Shown: piece by piece, positions 9,321 to 17,853 of the stretch | How the letters are laid out: every line of letters begins with the position of its first letter | Position numbering within the stretch: the stretch's first letter is position 1 | Translations under genes and position numbers: made by a program | Notes under the pieces: generated by a model | Told to the model about the DNA's origin: nothing | Databases searched by the model: none | The model's input: only the letters and a program-made list of their open reading frames with translations | From: Oceanispirochaeta sp. | GTDB lineage: Bacteria; Spirochaetota; Spirochaetia; DSM-2461 | Assembly (NCBI GenBank): GCA_963663385.2 | Contig: CAXXXD010000004.1 | Location: 672,001 to 736,000, forward strand | Direction: 5' to 3' | DNA length: 64,000 bases

Positions 9321-10730
9321 TCAGGTCTTTACATACTTATGCAGGATTTTCTTAAGGTCAATAGGACTCACAGGTTTCCCTAAAAAATCATCTATTCCGG
9401 ACTCAAGTATCCTCTTCCTGTCTTCAGCCATGGCCAATGCCGTAAGAGCGATAATAGGAATGGGGCAGGATGTTTTTCCCTCCAGTTTACGTATAGCCCG
9501 GGCTGTATCATAACCATCCATCACAGGCATCTGGATATCCATTAATATTATATCCGGCTTCTCATTGATAAATTTATCCAATCCCTCTTTCCCGTTTTCG
9601 GCCGTGGTTACCTGATAACCGGCTTTTTCCATTGTGCGTACAGCCAATAGCTGGTTTACGCGGTTATCTTCCATCAGAAGAATCAGCGGTCCTTCTGTGT
9701 GGTGATGCTCGAGCTGTTCTTTTTCCAGGTGCTCCGGATGGGCTACCGGTATCAGCTCATTCTGTATCGGTTCCGGAGACGTGAGGGGGAGGAAAAAACG
9801 GAATGTGCTTCCTTCTCCTTCCCTGCTTTTTACATCTATCATTCCGCCCATACTGCTGGTCAGGTGGGCGCAGATAGCCAGTCCCAATCCGGTTCCGCCG
9901 TATTTTCTGGTAGTTGAGTCATCAACCTGTGTAAAGGACCGGAACAGGAGATGCTGCTTGTTGGACGGGATTCCTATTCCCGAATCGGCAATATAGAAAT
10001 AGATCCGGGGATTCCCCTCATTTTTCTCTACACAGGCTGATATCTCTATATACCCTTTTTTCGTAAATTTGAGAGCATTGCTCAGCAGGTTCATGATAAT
10101 CTGTCTGATTCTAACCGGATCCCCCATTATCTTTTCCGGCAGATCCGGAGAGGGGTTATAGCGAAACGCAAGTCCCTTGGCTTTAGCCTGAGGAGAGAAT
10201 ATCCGCACAATATCTTCCATAAAAACGGTTAATTTAAAGGGGATATGTTCTATATTCAGTTTCCCTGCTTCAATCTTGGAGTAATCCAGGATATCGTTGA
10301 TTACACGCATCAGGGAGTCTGCTGAAAGCCTGATAACTTCCAGATACTCCTTCAGGACGGGAGAGGTCTCTTCTTCCAGGGCCAGGTCGGTCATCCCTAC
10401 AATCCCGTTCATGGGAGTTCTGATCTCATGGGTCATGGAGGCCAGGAAGGTCCCGGCTGTGCTCCGGTTTTTCTTCCTTTTCCTTTCCTGGGAGATACGC
10501 CACATAATGGGACCGGCACTGTCAACCGGCGAAATATCCTCCAGATTAAATTCATCCTGCCGGGGAGTCAGGAGAGCATGGATATGACGGTCCCTAAGAT
10601 CGGAATCCTCCATTTTCAGCAGTTCCCGGGCTTTCCTGTTGGCGGCCTGTATCAGCCCCGCGTCGTTGCTTATAATCAGGGCTTCATTCATCGTTTCAAA
10701 AAGCTGCATCATTTCATCGAATCGAATCAA
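9321..10730 (-). CDS. Soluble hybrid histidine kinase (short PAS-like, HisKA, HATPase, receiver)
   Basis: FLASMTHEIRTPMNGI, TRKYGGTGLGL, LMDIQMPVMDG. Likely TTG start at 10730 after a GGGGAG SD, overlapping the upstream stop (TTGA). Confidence 0.9.
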   Translation of the reverse strand: MIRFDEMMQLFETMNEALIISNDAGLIQAANRKARELLKMEDSDLRDRHIHALLTPRQDEFNLEDISPVDSAGPIMWRISQERKRKKNRSTAGTFLASMTHEIRTPMNGIVGMTDLALEEETSPVLKEYLEVIRLSADSLMRVINDILDYSKIEAGKLNIEHIPFKLTVFMEDIVRIFSPQAKAKGLAFRYNPSPDLPEKIMGDPVRIRQIIMNLLSNALKFTKKGYIEISACVEKNEGNPRIYFYIADSGIGIPSNKQHLLFRSFTQVDDSTTRKYGGTGLGLAICAHLTSSMGGMIDVKSREGEGSTFRFFLPLTSPEPIQNELIPVAHPEHLEKEQLEHHHTEGPLILLMEDNRVNQLLAVRTMEKAGYQVTTAENGKEGLDKFINEKPDIILMDIQMPVMDGYDTARAIRKLEGKTSCPIPIIALTALAMAEDRKRILESGIDDFLGKPVSPIDLKKILHKYVKT

Positions 10731-12916
10731 AACTCTCCCCCGTTTTTTAAAATATGGTAGGTGAAAAACAGTACTCCCAGAGAGTTGGAACTGTCGGCTT
10801 TTTCTATATCCAGCCTGCGGATGGAGTTCAGTACCGGTATTGCGGCGCCCCTGGCACGGGTCCCGGATAATACCGAGCAGCACCACTCCCACACAAGCTG
10901 ATATTTTCCCCCCGTGAAACTTCTGTACAGCCACTCCTGGTTTTTATAGAAGAGTTCCATCTCTCTGGCTTCATCCAGCAGGATAATCATTCCTTCTCCC
11001 GGTTCATCATTATTTCTCTGAAAAATCCATCCCAGGGGCGGATTCATTCCCAATTGCTGAGAAATAAGGGTTATGTAGTTTTGTACATAGGTTTCACCCA
11101 TGGACAAGGTCTTTTCATCAAAAATGGTTTCCAGCCATTCTCCCTGGGGATGCATATTATGAAAAGCAATCAGGTAGTTTAAATCCCGTTCAATATTTCC
11201 CCGCTGACCTTCTGAAAACCTCTTATATATGGATTCGTAATGGTCCCTGTTTCCTATTCTGCCCAGGGACTTTGCCGCATTGGCCGAGATAAGACAGTCT
11301 TTATCGTCAAGCAGTTTTATCAGAAGCTCTTCCACCTTTTTTTCCGGATAAGCTCCCAGGGCGAAAATCGCCTCCTTTCTGTTGAAGCTGCAGGGCTCCG
11401 AGGCTTCCGTCAGCAGTTCCGGGATAAGCTGGGGCCTTTTCTTTTCAAAAAGGGTTTTAATGATTTCTCCCCTTTCCGGAGAAAGGGGCTGGAGGAATTT
11501 CTGACGTATCTCATCGTTTGCAAGGGAGGATCCGGTATAGCCCAGAGACAGGAGCAGGGACTTCCGCTGCAGAGTTGTATTATAGGTACTGAGCCGGTTA
11601 ATATCCCGGAATGTACGCAAATGGTCAATGGACAGGAGCATCGTCCAGGTTTCTTTTAAGGATGCGCTGCCTTTTTCTTCGAATCGGGCGGCCGTCAGGG
11701 TTATAATCAGGCACAGGATGACTCCCATGGAATAGGTTAGACCGTATGTGTTGAGATACGGCAGAGCCAGTATCTCGGACCAGTCCGCCAGATACCCTCC
11801 CGAGAACCCCAGTCCAAGGGCCACCAGAGAGGTAATAAAGACATCCATTGATGTAAAACTTACAGAATCTTCATCTGGTATAAGCTGGACAAACAGACGG
11901 GAAGCAAGAAGGATCAGCGATGTCTGGAGCATAACCGTAATAAATCCCAGAAAATAAAAAAACTCGGCACTTCGGGATGTATCTGTCAGCATCCATACAA
12001 CCAGTATCCCGCCGGTAGCTACTGCGGTGGGGAGAATGAACGGCCGGCTTCCGAGTCTGTCGGCAAAAGGTTTTATCATCTGAGCACCCATAATGGCGGC
12101 CAGGGTGATTATAATTGTATAAAGGAAGATCATGGGGGAGGAGAAGCCGGCGTATTTTCTCAAGAAGGGGATAGTCATTCCCGTTATAATTTCGATCCCC
12201 ACACTGCACCAGCGGACAATCAATACGCTCCGTTCCAGGGGTTTTCCCATATTTTCAATAAAAAGTTTTCCCACATGCCTGCCTTTGTGATGTTCAATAA
12301 TCTCACGGCAGGGGATTCTTTTCATTGCTCTGGCTGATAATGTATTTGAAAGGACGCCCAGTACCTGGAGGAACAGGATCTCGGTCTGTTCCGATACAAA
12401 CTGCGTGGTGGTTACAAGATAACTGAACACTCTGGAAAAAATAGCTGTCGTATTGAAACGGGTGGAGGCTGTCATAATAACCTCACCTCTGGTCCGGCTG
12501 GTAGAGATCATTTTCTGTATATTCTGCTGAACTGATACTCCGATTGTTCTGGTTATACTGAAAAGGGTATAGATTGTCAGGATGAGGAATACCGCTGATT
12601 GTCCGCTGAAAAAGGTAAGGGCGAGGTAACCGAGACAAAAGAATCCCCGCAATAACCAGGCGATATAACCGACGGTAAGAATGGATTTCCCGTTAAAAAC
12701 CTTTGTATAAAAAAGCAGACTGATACCTGTTATGTAAATGACAGATGAGATATAGCCTAATTGCGTGTTAGTCGCTCCGTACAGGATGGCTAACAGGTAA
12801 ACTGTCGTATTCCCCAGAAAACTGAACCCGATTCCGTTCCAGCCGGCGTATCGGTAATAATATTTTCTTCCGGTTTCTCTTTCGTACTGGGAAAGGTACT
12901 TGGTTTTTTTGATCAT
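10727..12916 (-). CDS. MFS-like transporter fused to a C-terminal HEAT-repeat region
   Basis: About 400 aa multi-TM region with the ADRLGSRP MFS loop motif, then HEAT-like RKEAIFALG...LLDD...ANAAKSLGRIG. Confidence 0.8.
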   Translation of the reverse strand: MIKKTKYLSQYERETGRKYYYRYAGWNGIGFSFLGNTTVYLLAILYGATNTQLGYISSVIYITGISLLFYTKVFNGKSILTVGYIAWLLRGFFCLGYLALTFFSGQSAVFLILTIYTLFSITRTIGVSVQQNIQKMISTSRTRGEVIMTASTRFNTTAIFSRVFSYLVTTTQFVSEQTEILFLQVLGVLSNTLSARAMKRIPCREIIEHHKGRHVGKLFIENMGKPLERSVLIVRWCSVGIEIITGMTIPFLRKYAGFSSPMIFLYTIIITLAAIMGAQMIKPFADRLGSRPFILPTAVATGGILVVWMLTDTSRSAEFFYFLGFITVMLQTSLILLASRLFVQLIPDEDSVSFTSMDVFITSLVALGLGFSGGYLADWSEILALPYLNTYGLTYSMGVILCLIITLTAARFEEKGSASLKETWTMLLSIDHLRTFRDINRLSTYNTTLQRKSLLLSLGYTGSSLANDEIRQKFLQPLSPERGEIIKTLFEKKRPQLIPELLTEASEPCSFNRKEAIFALGAYPEKKVEELLIKLLDDKDCLISANAAKSLGRIGNRDHYESIYKRFSEGQRGNIERDLNYLIAFHNMHPQGEWLETIFDEKTLSMGETYVQNYITLISQQLGMNPPLGWIFQRNNDEPGEGMIILLDEAREMELFYKNQEWLYRSFTGGKYQLVWEWCCSVLSGTRARGAAIPVLNSIRRLDIEKADSSNSLGVLFFTYHILKNGGEF

Positions 12917-13005
12917 ATTTTTTCAATTTCCCGATTCGTGAATAAGGGTTTCTAGAATAATAGGCTTTTGTTCTGTAAGGGTAAAGAAAAAAATTGAAAA
13001 AAAAC

Positions 13006-13136
13006 GTAACCATTCCCGGTCTTTTCAGTTTTACTTTATGTAAGCGTTTCCGAAGAGGGAATGACTTGCTTTTTTCATTTGAATTTCTCCAGTTTTCTGG
13101 CCCCGGTTTTCCTCCTTTTCCGGGGCCTCTTTTTTT
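13006..13136 (+). ncRNA. Candidate sRNA 1 with ECF-like promoter and terminator bearing a CCTCC loop
   Basis: GTAACC-N16-GTTTTA (13006-13033); hairpin GGCCCCGG-TTTTCCTCCTTTT-CCGGGGCC (13099-13127) plus T-tract. Confidence 0.45.
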
Positions 13137-13300
13137 ATGGGTTAACAACAGGGTTAATTCCGGTGTTCCTGCTCAATCTTTTCACAGGCTGCCGCGTCGA
13201 AGGAATACTCATTTAACACATAATAATTCCGATCTCAACCTGTTGTTATAATCGGGTGAATAAAGGGGCGGAAAAACTTTTCAAAAAAATGTTTTTTTTT

Positions 13301-13422
13301 GTAACCCTCTCTATGGGGTGATGTTTAATGAGTATAAATGGCAAAGATTTTCTTTTTGGGTTTGTAGTTTCATTTTTTTTCTTCGCCCCCGGGTTTCCTC
13401 CTTTTCCCGGGGGCTTTTTTTT
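13301..13422 (+). ncRNA. Candidate sRNA 2, paralogous architecture
   Basis: GTAACC-N16-GTTTAA (13301-13328); hairpin GCCCCCGGG-TTTCCTCCTTTT-CCCGGGGGC (13385-13414) plus T8. Confidence 0.45.
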
Positions 13423-13426
13423 CGGA

Positions 13427-15391
13427 TCAATCCGCGGCGGAAAAGAAATTCTGAAACTCGTCGTCCGCCTGACGGATAAACTGTTTGAGCTCTTCATCGC
13501 TGCAGTTTGCCATCTTTTCAAATGTACAGCTGATATCGATGTCTATATCTTCCGAGTGCCTGACATAGGTCGTCTGGTAGAGAGCCAGCTTTTTATCTTT
13601 GTGAATCCCGATCTCAAGGAGTTTGCGGGCGCCCTGACGGATCAGTTTCAGTTTTTCCATCAGGTCCTCCCGGGACTCAATGCTCCAGACTCCCAGGAAA
13701 ATAGCCTGGGAATCATTATTCATATCCCCTATGAATTCTCCTCTCAGGAGTCTGTTCTTTTCTTTTCCCAGGTAGGGGGCAAAATCAAGGTGTTCCGCCA
13801 GCTTCCGGTCTGTCGCCAGGAAATTCCCCGTTTCCGGGTCCATGGTGAATATAATAACGTTCTCAAAGGCCTGTCCGTAGCTTTTAAAAAGCGCTCCCCG
13901 GAAATCATTGATATCTATGGCGGAAAAGAGCCGTTCCTGTCTTCTGTGTATGGCTCCGGATATTTCTATCAGCCATTCCTTCATGGTCTCATACTCGCAG
14001 CTGTACTCAGAAACCTCTTCTTCCAGGGCTTCTGCACTGATCCGGTTCTGAAGATAGGAGAGCACTGTTCGGAAGATTGTTCTGATATTGTGGAATTTGC
14101 TGAATTTAAGAATCAGATCAAAAAGGAATATTTCCATTTTGCGGAGTTGCCAGATCGAGGCGATATATTCGGTTCGATCGGGATTGTCACTTCTGGCCGG
14201 TTCTTCCCACAGCTGTTTGAATTCATTCAGCCTTCGATCCATCTGAATGTACCATCTGTCCAGGGTCCCCGCGACCTTTTCCATCCGGATATGCCATTCC
14301 GTGCCCTCCCCCTCAATACTCTCCACATGGATGTTCTCCGGTCCGAAGGTGGAATAGATCTGTCTGGTTCCCAGTCCTTCTCCGCTTTTTTTACCCTTTG
14401 TCGTTACCCCGACAAACGCGGGAATACCCTCTTCGGTCAGCTTCATCTTCTCCGCCGGGATACCCGCTCCATTATCCTTCAAGAGGAGGTGAACCGTATC
14501 TTCCTTCCTGGTAATGGATATTTCTATAATGCCCCGGCGCCCTGTCTCTCTGATGGACTCCAGGGAGTTGGATACCATATTAATCAGGGCTCTGCCGATG
14601 TTTACATAAAAACCGGGAACCATGGGCATCCGGGAACTCAGTTTAAGGTAGAGTTCACAGGGAATGGTGGAGGCTTCCACGTACGGGACAATCCGGTCCA
14701 GAATAACCTCCTGCAGGTTGACTTTATGCACTATCTGCATGGTATCCCGGAAGGAGTTGAGCATGTTGATCAGCGTTGTGGTTTCCCTGTTAATATCTTC
14801 GATTATCCGGTCTCCGTTATCCACGGAAAGCATATCTACCATGCTGGAAAGCAGACGGAGGGTTTTTCTGGCATCATGACGGGTCTTTCCGATTTCCTCA
14901 TCGGTCTGGGCATAGTCTTTCCTGTCCGGCATGGAGTAGGACAGGATCTGCTCTTTTGCTGCAATTAAATTATTGTATATAAGATTCCGGTATACGATAG
15001 GATCCCTCGATTCAAACCCTTTTTTATGAAAGAACTCAATCGTATCGATCTGTTTCTCCCAGATATAGAGGTAAACCCTGGATTTCTTCGGGATACTCCA
15101 GGCAAGGTTCTCAATAAAATGCGAACCGATCCCCTTGCCTCGTCCAAAGGGACTGGTAACAATTTTGTAGATCAGAAAATTCTTCTTTTCCTTATCCGAG
15201 TAGACAAGCATATAACCAAGAATTTCACCTTCGTCTATCCAGACTGAGCTGAATTCCCTGTCTTTTGTAATTTCCGGATCCTTGATATAGGGGGAGGGGA
15301 TGATAAAGGTATCGATATTCAGAAGAGGATTCCTGAGGACCTGATCTTCAATCTCCTGAGTCAGCGGTCTGATATGATTGTGCCCTTCCAT
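13427..15391 (-). CDS. GNAT acetyltransferase - histidine kinase-like fusion with uncharacterised C-terminal region
   Basis: GNAT motif A GRGKGIG and FFHKKGF; TRHDARKTL (H-box-like), LINMVSNSLES (N), DNGAGI (G1), GEGLG (G2). ATG 15391 overlaps the HD-gene stop (TAATG). Confidence 0.8.
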   Translation of the reverse strand: MEGHNHIRPLTQEIEDQVLRNPLLNIDTFIIPSPYIKDPEITKDREFSSVWIDEGEILGYMLVYSDKEKKNFLIYKIVTSPFGRGKGIGSHFIENLAWSIPKKSRVYLYIWEKQIDTIEFFHKKGFESRDPIVYRNLIYNNLIAAKEQILSYSMPDRKDYAQTDEEIGKTRHDARKTLRLLSSMVDMLSVDNGDRIIEDINRETTTLINMLNSFRDTMQIVHKVNLQEVILDRIVPYVEASTIPCELYLKLSSRMPMVPGFYVNIGRALINMVSNSLESIRETGRRGIIEISITRKEDTVHLLLKDNGAGIPAEKMKLTEEGIPAFVGVTTKGKKSGEGLGTRQIYSTFGPENIHVESIEGEGTEWHIRMEKVAGTLDRWYIQMDRRLNEFKQLWEEPARSDNPDRTEYIASIWQLRKMEIFLFDLILKFSKFHNIRTIFRTVLSYLQNRISAEALEEEVSEYSCEYETMKEWLIEISGAIHRRQERLFSAIDINDFRGALFKSYGQAFENVIIFTMDPETGNFLATDRKLAEHLDFAPYLGKEKNRLLRGEFIGDMNNDSQAIFLGVWSIESREDLMEKLKLIRQGARKLLEIGIHKDKKLALYQTTYVRHSEDIDIDISCTFEKMANCSDEELKQFIRQADDEFQNFFSAAD

Positions 15392-15957
15392 TATTCTCCT
15401 GCCAGGCCCAGTTCGACTGCGGATTTTCTCATTCCTTCTATGGTCATGGTAATAAGTTCGCTTAACTCCATGCCCAGCATCTCCGCACCTTTTTCGATGA
15501 TGCTGCGATCCACTCCTGCGGAGAACTGTCTGGCCTTCCATTTTTTCTTTACCGATTTAGCCGTCATGTCCATTATGCTTTTTGAGGGACGGACCAGCGC
15601 TGTCGCTGTGATCAGACCGGTCAGTTCGTCTGTGGCAAAGAGAACTTTCTCCATCTCCTCGACCGGTTCCGTTTCGCTGCAGATACCCCATCCGTGGGAA
15701 ACCACCGCATGAATATATTCTGCGGGCCATCCCCTCTCTTTCAGTATCTCCTCGGCTTTGCTGCAGTGCCGGTCCGGGTACATTTCATAGTCCAGGTCGT
15801 GGATCAGGCCTATTACACCCCATTTTTCAGGATCTTCTCCTCTTATTTCCGCTGCATGCCGCATCACGGCTTCCACAGCCAGGGCGTGTTTGAAAAGGCT
15901 TTCGCTTTTGTTGAATTCCTTAAAAAGTTCTATGGCATTAGTTCTGTCCGGCATCAT
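15391..15957 (-). CDS. HDIG/HD-domain metal-dependent phosphohydrolase
   Basis: KHALAVE, GLIHDLDYE, SH and DELTG motifs; SD AAGGAG before ATG 15957. Confidence 0.88.
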   Translation of the reverse strand: MMPDRTNAIELFKEFNKSESLFKHALAVEAVMRHAAEIRGEDPEKWGVIGLIHDLDYEMYPDRHCSKAEEILKERGWPAEYIHAVVSHGWGICSETEPVEEMEKVLFATDELTGLITATALVRPSKSIMDMTAKSVKKKWKARQFSAGVDRSIIEKGAEMLGMELSELITMTIEGMRKSAVELGLAGE

Positions 15958-16050
15958 GTCCTGCTCCTTTATCGCTTTCGCGGATTTTCTTCGAAAAGTC
16001 ACTGTCGCTGATGATGAAAAGGGACCCGAATACTACCGTATTCCCTTTTA

Positions 16051-17730
16051 TCATGCCTCCTGTCTCTGACGCATCTTTTTTTCTTTTTCCAGTAGATCCT
16101 TTATATGTTTATCGGAAAAACCGGATGTTTCCTGCCAGGCAATCAGATCCAGTTCTTCCAGATTTACAAGCTTTTCCTTTTCTATGGACTGAAGAACCTC
16201 TTCCGAAAGGGTATTCATTCTGTTTTTCTCATCCTTATCCATAATGTTTTTATGGAAAACGGGGTATCGATCACTTTTTTTACTCAGCGCCGGAGCTTCA
16301 TTCAGCTGAATGAAATTATCTTCGGTCAAACAGCCTTCGGGGCCCCATCTACGCTCATATTCCATCAGTTTATTCCGGAGTTCTTCCTTTTTTGCGAGGA
16401 TATCCCCGTCGGGGGAGTGCAGCAGGTTCGTTCCTTCTCCCGGATCTTTGCTGAGATGAAACAGCTCCTCATACCCCCCATTGTAATAATAGTTATACTT
16501 GTATTCTCTGGTCCTGCAGGAAATCCATCGCCGTAAACCGGCGGAGAATTCCACGTACTGGCTGGTCCTGTCTTTATTTCTCTCTTTTTCCGGCATCAGA
16601 AGGCTTTCTCCCGGAAAACTGGTATTTTTATAATTGATGCTTATCCCGGCGGAATTCAGAATGGTGGGAAACAGATCGTTCAGATCGGCAAAGTCTTCCG
16701 AAATATCTCCCGGTTCAATTGTTCCGGGATAACTTAGTACCAGAGGAATTCTGGTACAGCTGTCATAGGGGAGTCCCTTTTCAAGAGCGCTGTGATCACC
16801 CAGCATTTCCCCATGGTCGCTGGTAAAAATAATGAGAGTTTTCTCCAGCTGACCTGTACTCTCCAGAGCATCCAGTATCCGGCCGATATTGTAATCCACC
16901 TGGCTGATGGCCGAGTAGTAGAGCTGACGGTACCGTTTCCTGAGTCTGTCCGATAAGCCTTCTGTCAGGCGGACGTTTTCCATGGCCGGCCGGGATAGGG
17001 GCGTCCTGGATTTGACAGGCTCCGGAAGTTCCACATCCTCGTAGAGATCAGCAAAACGGGGTGCCGGAGACTGGGGGGGGTGGGGGGATAACCAGCTGAC
17101 TTTCAGCAGCCAGGGGTGACGTCCCTGATTGGTTTTGAGAAAATCCACAGCCTTGTCGGCTACCCAGGTATCACCCATATGTTCTTCCGGTATAATGGAT
17201 TGCTGCGGAATATGGTAAAGCAGATTTTCACAGCCGTGCAAATTCAGAATATGTCCCCATCCTGATTCCTTGAGGTAAAGGGCGTAATCATCCTGTTCTC
17301 TGTATTCGGGTCTGCTCTCCATCAGGTGAAGCCGGTCATAACCGTGATGCCTTCGTACCGGCATAAACTGGTTCTTTCCAATGGCGATGGTTTCATAACC
17401 GTGATCGGACAGAACCTTCGGGAAGGTATTGATCCAGTTGGGCATGGTGTAGTTTTTATTGTTTTCTGTAAAACCGTGAATCTTTCCGTTCAGACCTGTC
17501 AGGATATTGTGCCGGGCCGGCATCCCGTCCGGAACAGGGGTAAACGCATGGGTATAAATCCGTCCGGAGCTGACCAGACGGTCCAGATTCGGTGTATACA
17601 TATAGGAATATCCAGCTGCCCTGATGGTGTTATAACGCATCTGGTCGGCAAGAAGGAGAAGGATATTCGGCCTGTTCTCTTTCTGTTCATACGGAACGGT
17701 TGCAGCTGTACTTCCCTGTGGGGTTACCAT
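16051..17730 (-). CDS. Sulfatase-fold protein lacking the catalytic Cys/Ser
   Basis: RPNILLLLADQMR, TPNLDRL, PHPP, FTSDHGEMLGDH and ELFHL..DPGE are present, but the signature reads G-M-P-A-R...TG. Confidence 0.85.
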   Translation of the reverse strand: MVTPQGSTAATVPYEQKENRPNILLLLADQMRYNTIRAAGYSYMYTPNLDRLVSSGRIYTHAFTPVPDGMPARHNILTGLNGKIHGFTENNKNYTMPNWINTFPKVLSDHGYETIAIGKNQFMPVRRHHGYDRLHLMESRPEYREQDDYALYLKESGWGHILNLHGCENLLYHIPQQSIIPEEHMGDTWVADKAVDFLKTNQGRHPWLLKVSWLSPHPPQSPAPRFADLYEDVELPEPVKSRTPLSRPAMENVRLTEGLSDRLRKRYRQLYYSAISQVDYNIGRILDALESTGQLEKTLIIFTSDHGEMLGDHSALEKGLPYDSCTRIPLVLSYPGTIEPGDISEDFADLNDLFPTILNSAGISINYKNTSFPGESLLMPEKERNKDRTSQYVEFSAGLRRWISCRTREYKYNYYYNGGYEELFHLSKDPGEGTNLLHSPDGDILAKKEELRNKLMEYERRWGPEGCLTEDNFIQLNEAPALSKKSDRYPVFHKNIMDKDEKNRMNTLSEEVLQSIEKEKLVNLEELDLIAWQETSGFSDKHIKDLLEKEKKMRQRQEA

Positions 17731-17853
17731 GGATTCATCCTCCCGGGTTCCTCTGGGGAACCCGGAATCATTTTACAGGATAATCTGTGATGAGAGAAGG
17801 ATGAAAACGGGAGAATCAGCCACCCCGTACCGGAACAGGGCAGCCGAAGGGCA

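Noticed and set aside
10731..10934. N-terminal extensions given by the ORF track (also 15392-15541, 32699-32830, 42079-42210, 53731-53982)
   Set aside because: They overlap neighbouring genes or regulatory DNA; downstream starts have better SDs and fit domain boundaries.
13061..13216. 51-codon hydrophobic ORF (MTCFFHLNF...), possible type I toxin
   Set aside because: It runs through the terminator hairpin, its hydrophobicity follows from T-richness, and it has no counterpart in the second unit.
13099..13414. Minus-strand reading of the hairpins as AGGAGG/GGA CsrA-binding loops or terminators of the flanking genes
   Set aside because: The T-tracts and promoter-like motifs are on the + strand. 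This reading cannot be fully excluded without RNA data.
13328..14968. 546-aa + strand ORF
   Set aside because: It is an antisense shadow of the GNAT-kinase gene, crosses a terminator and has no motifs.
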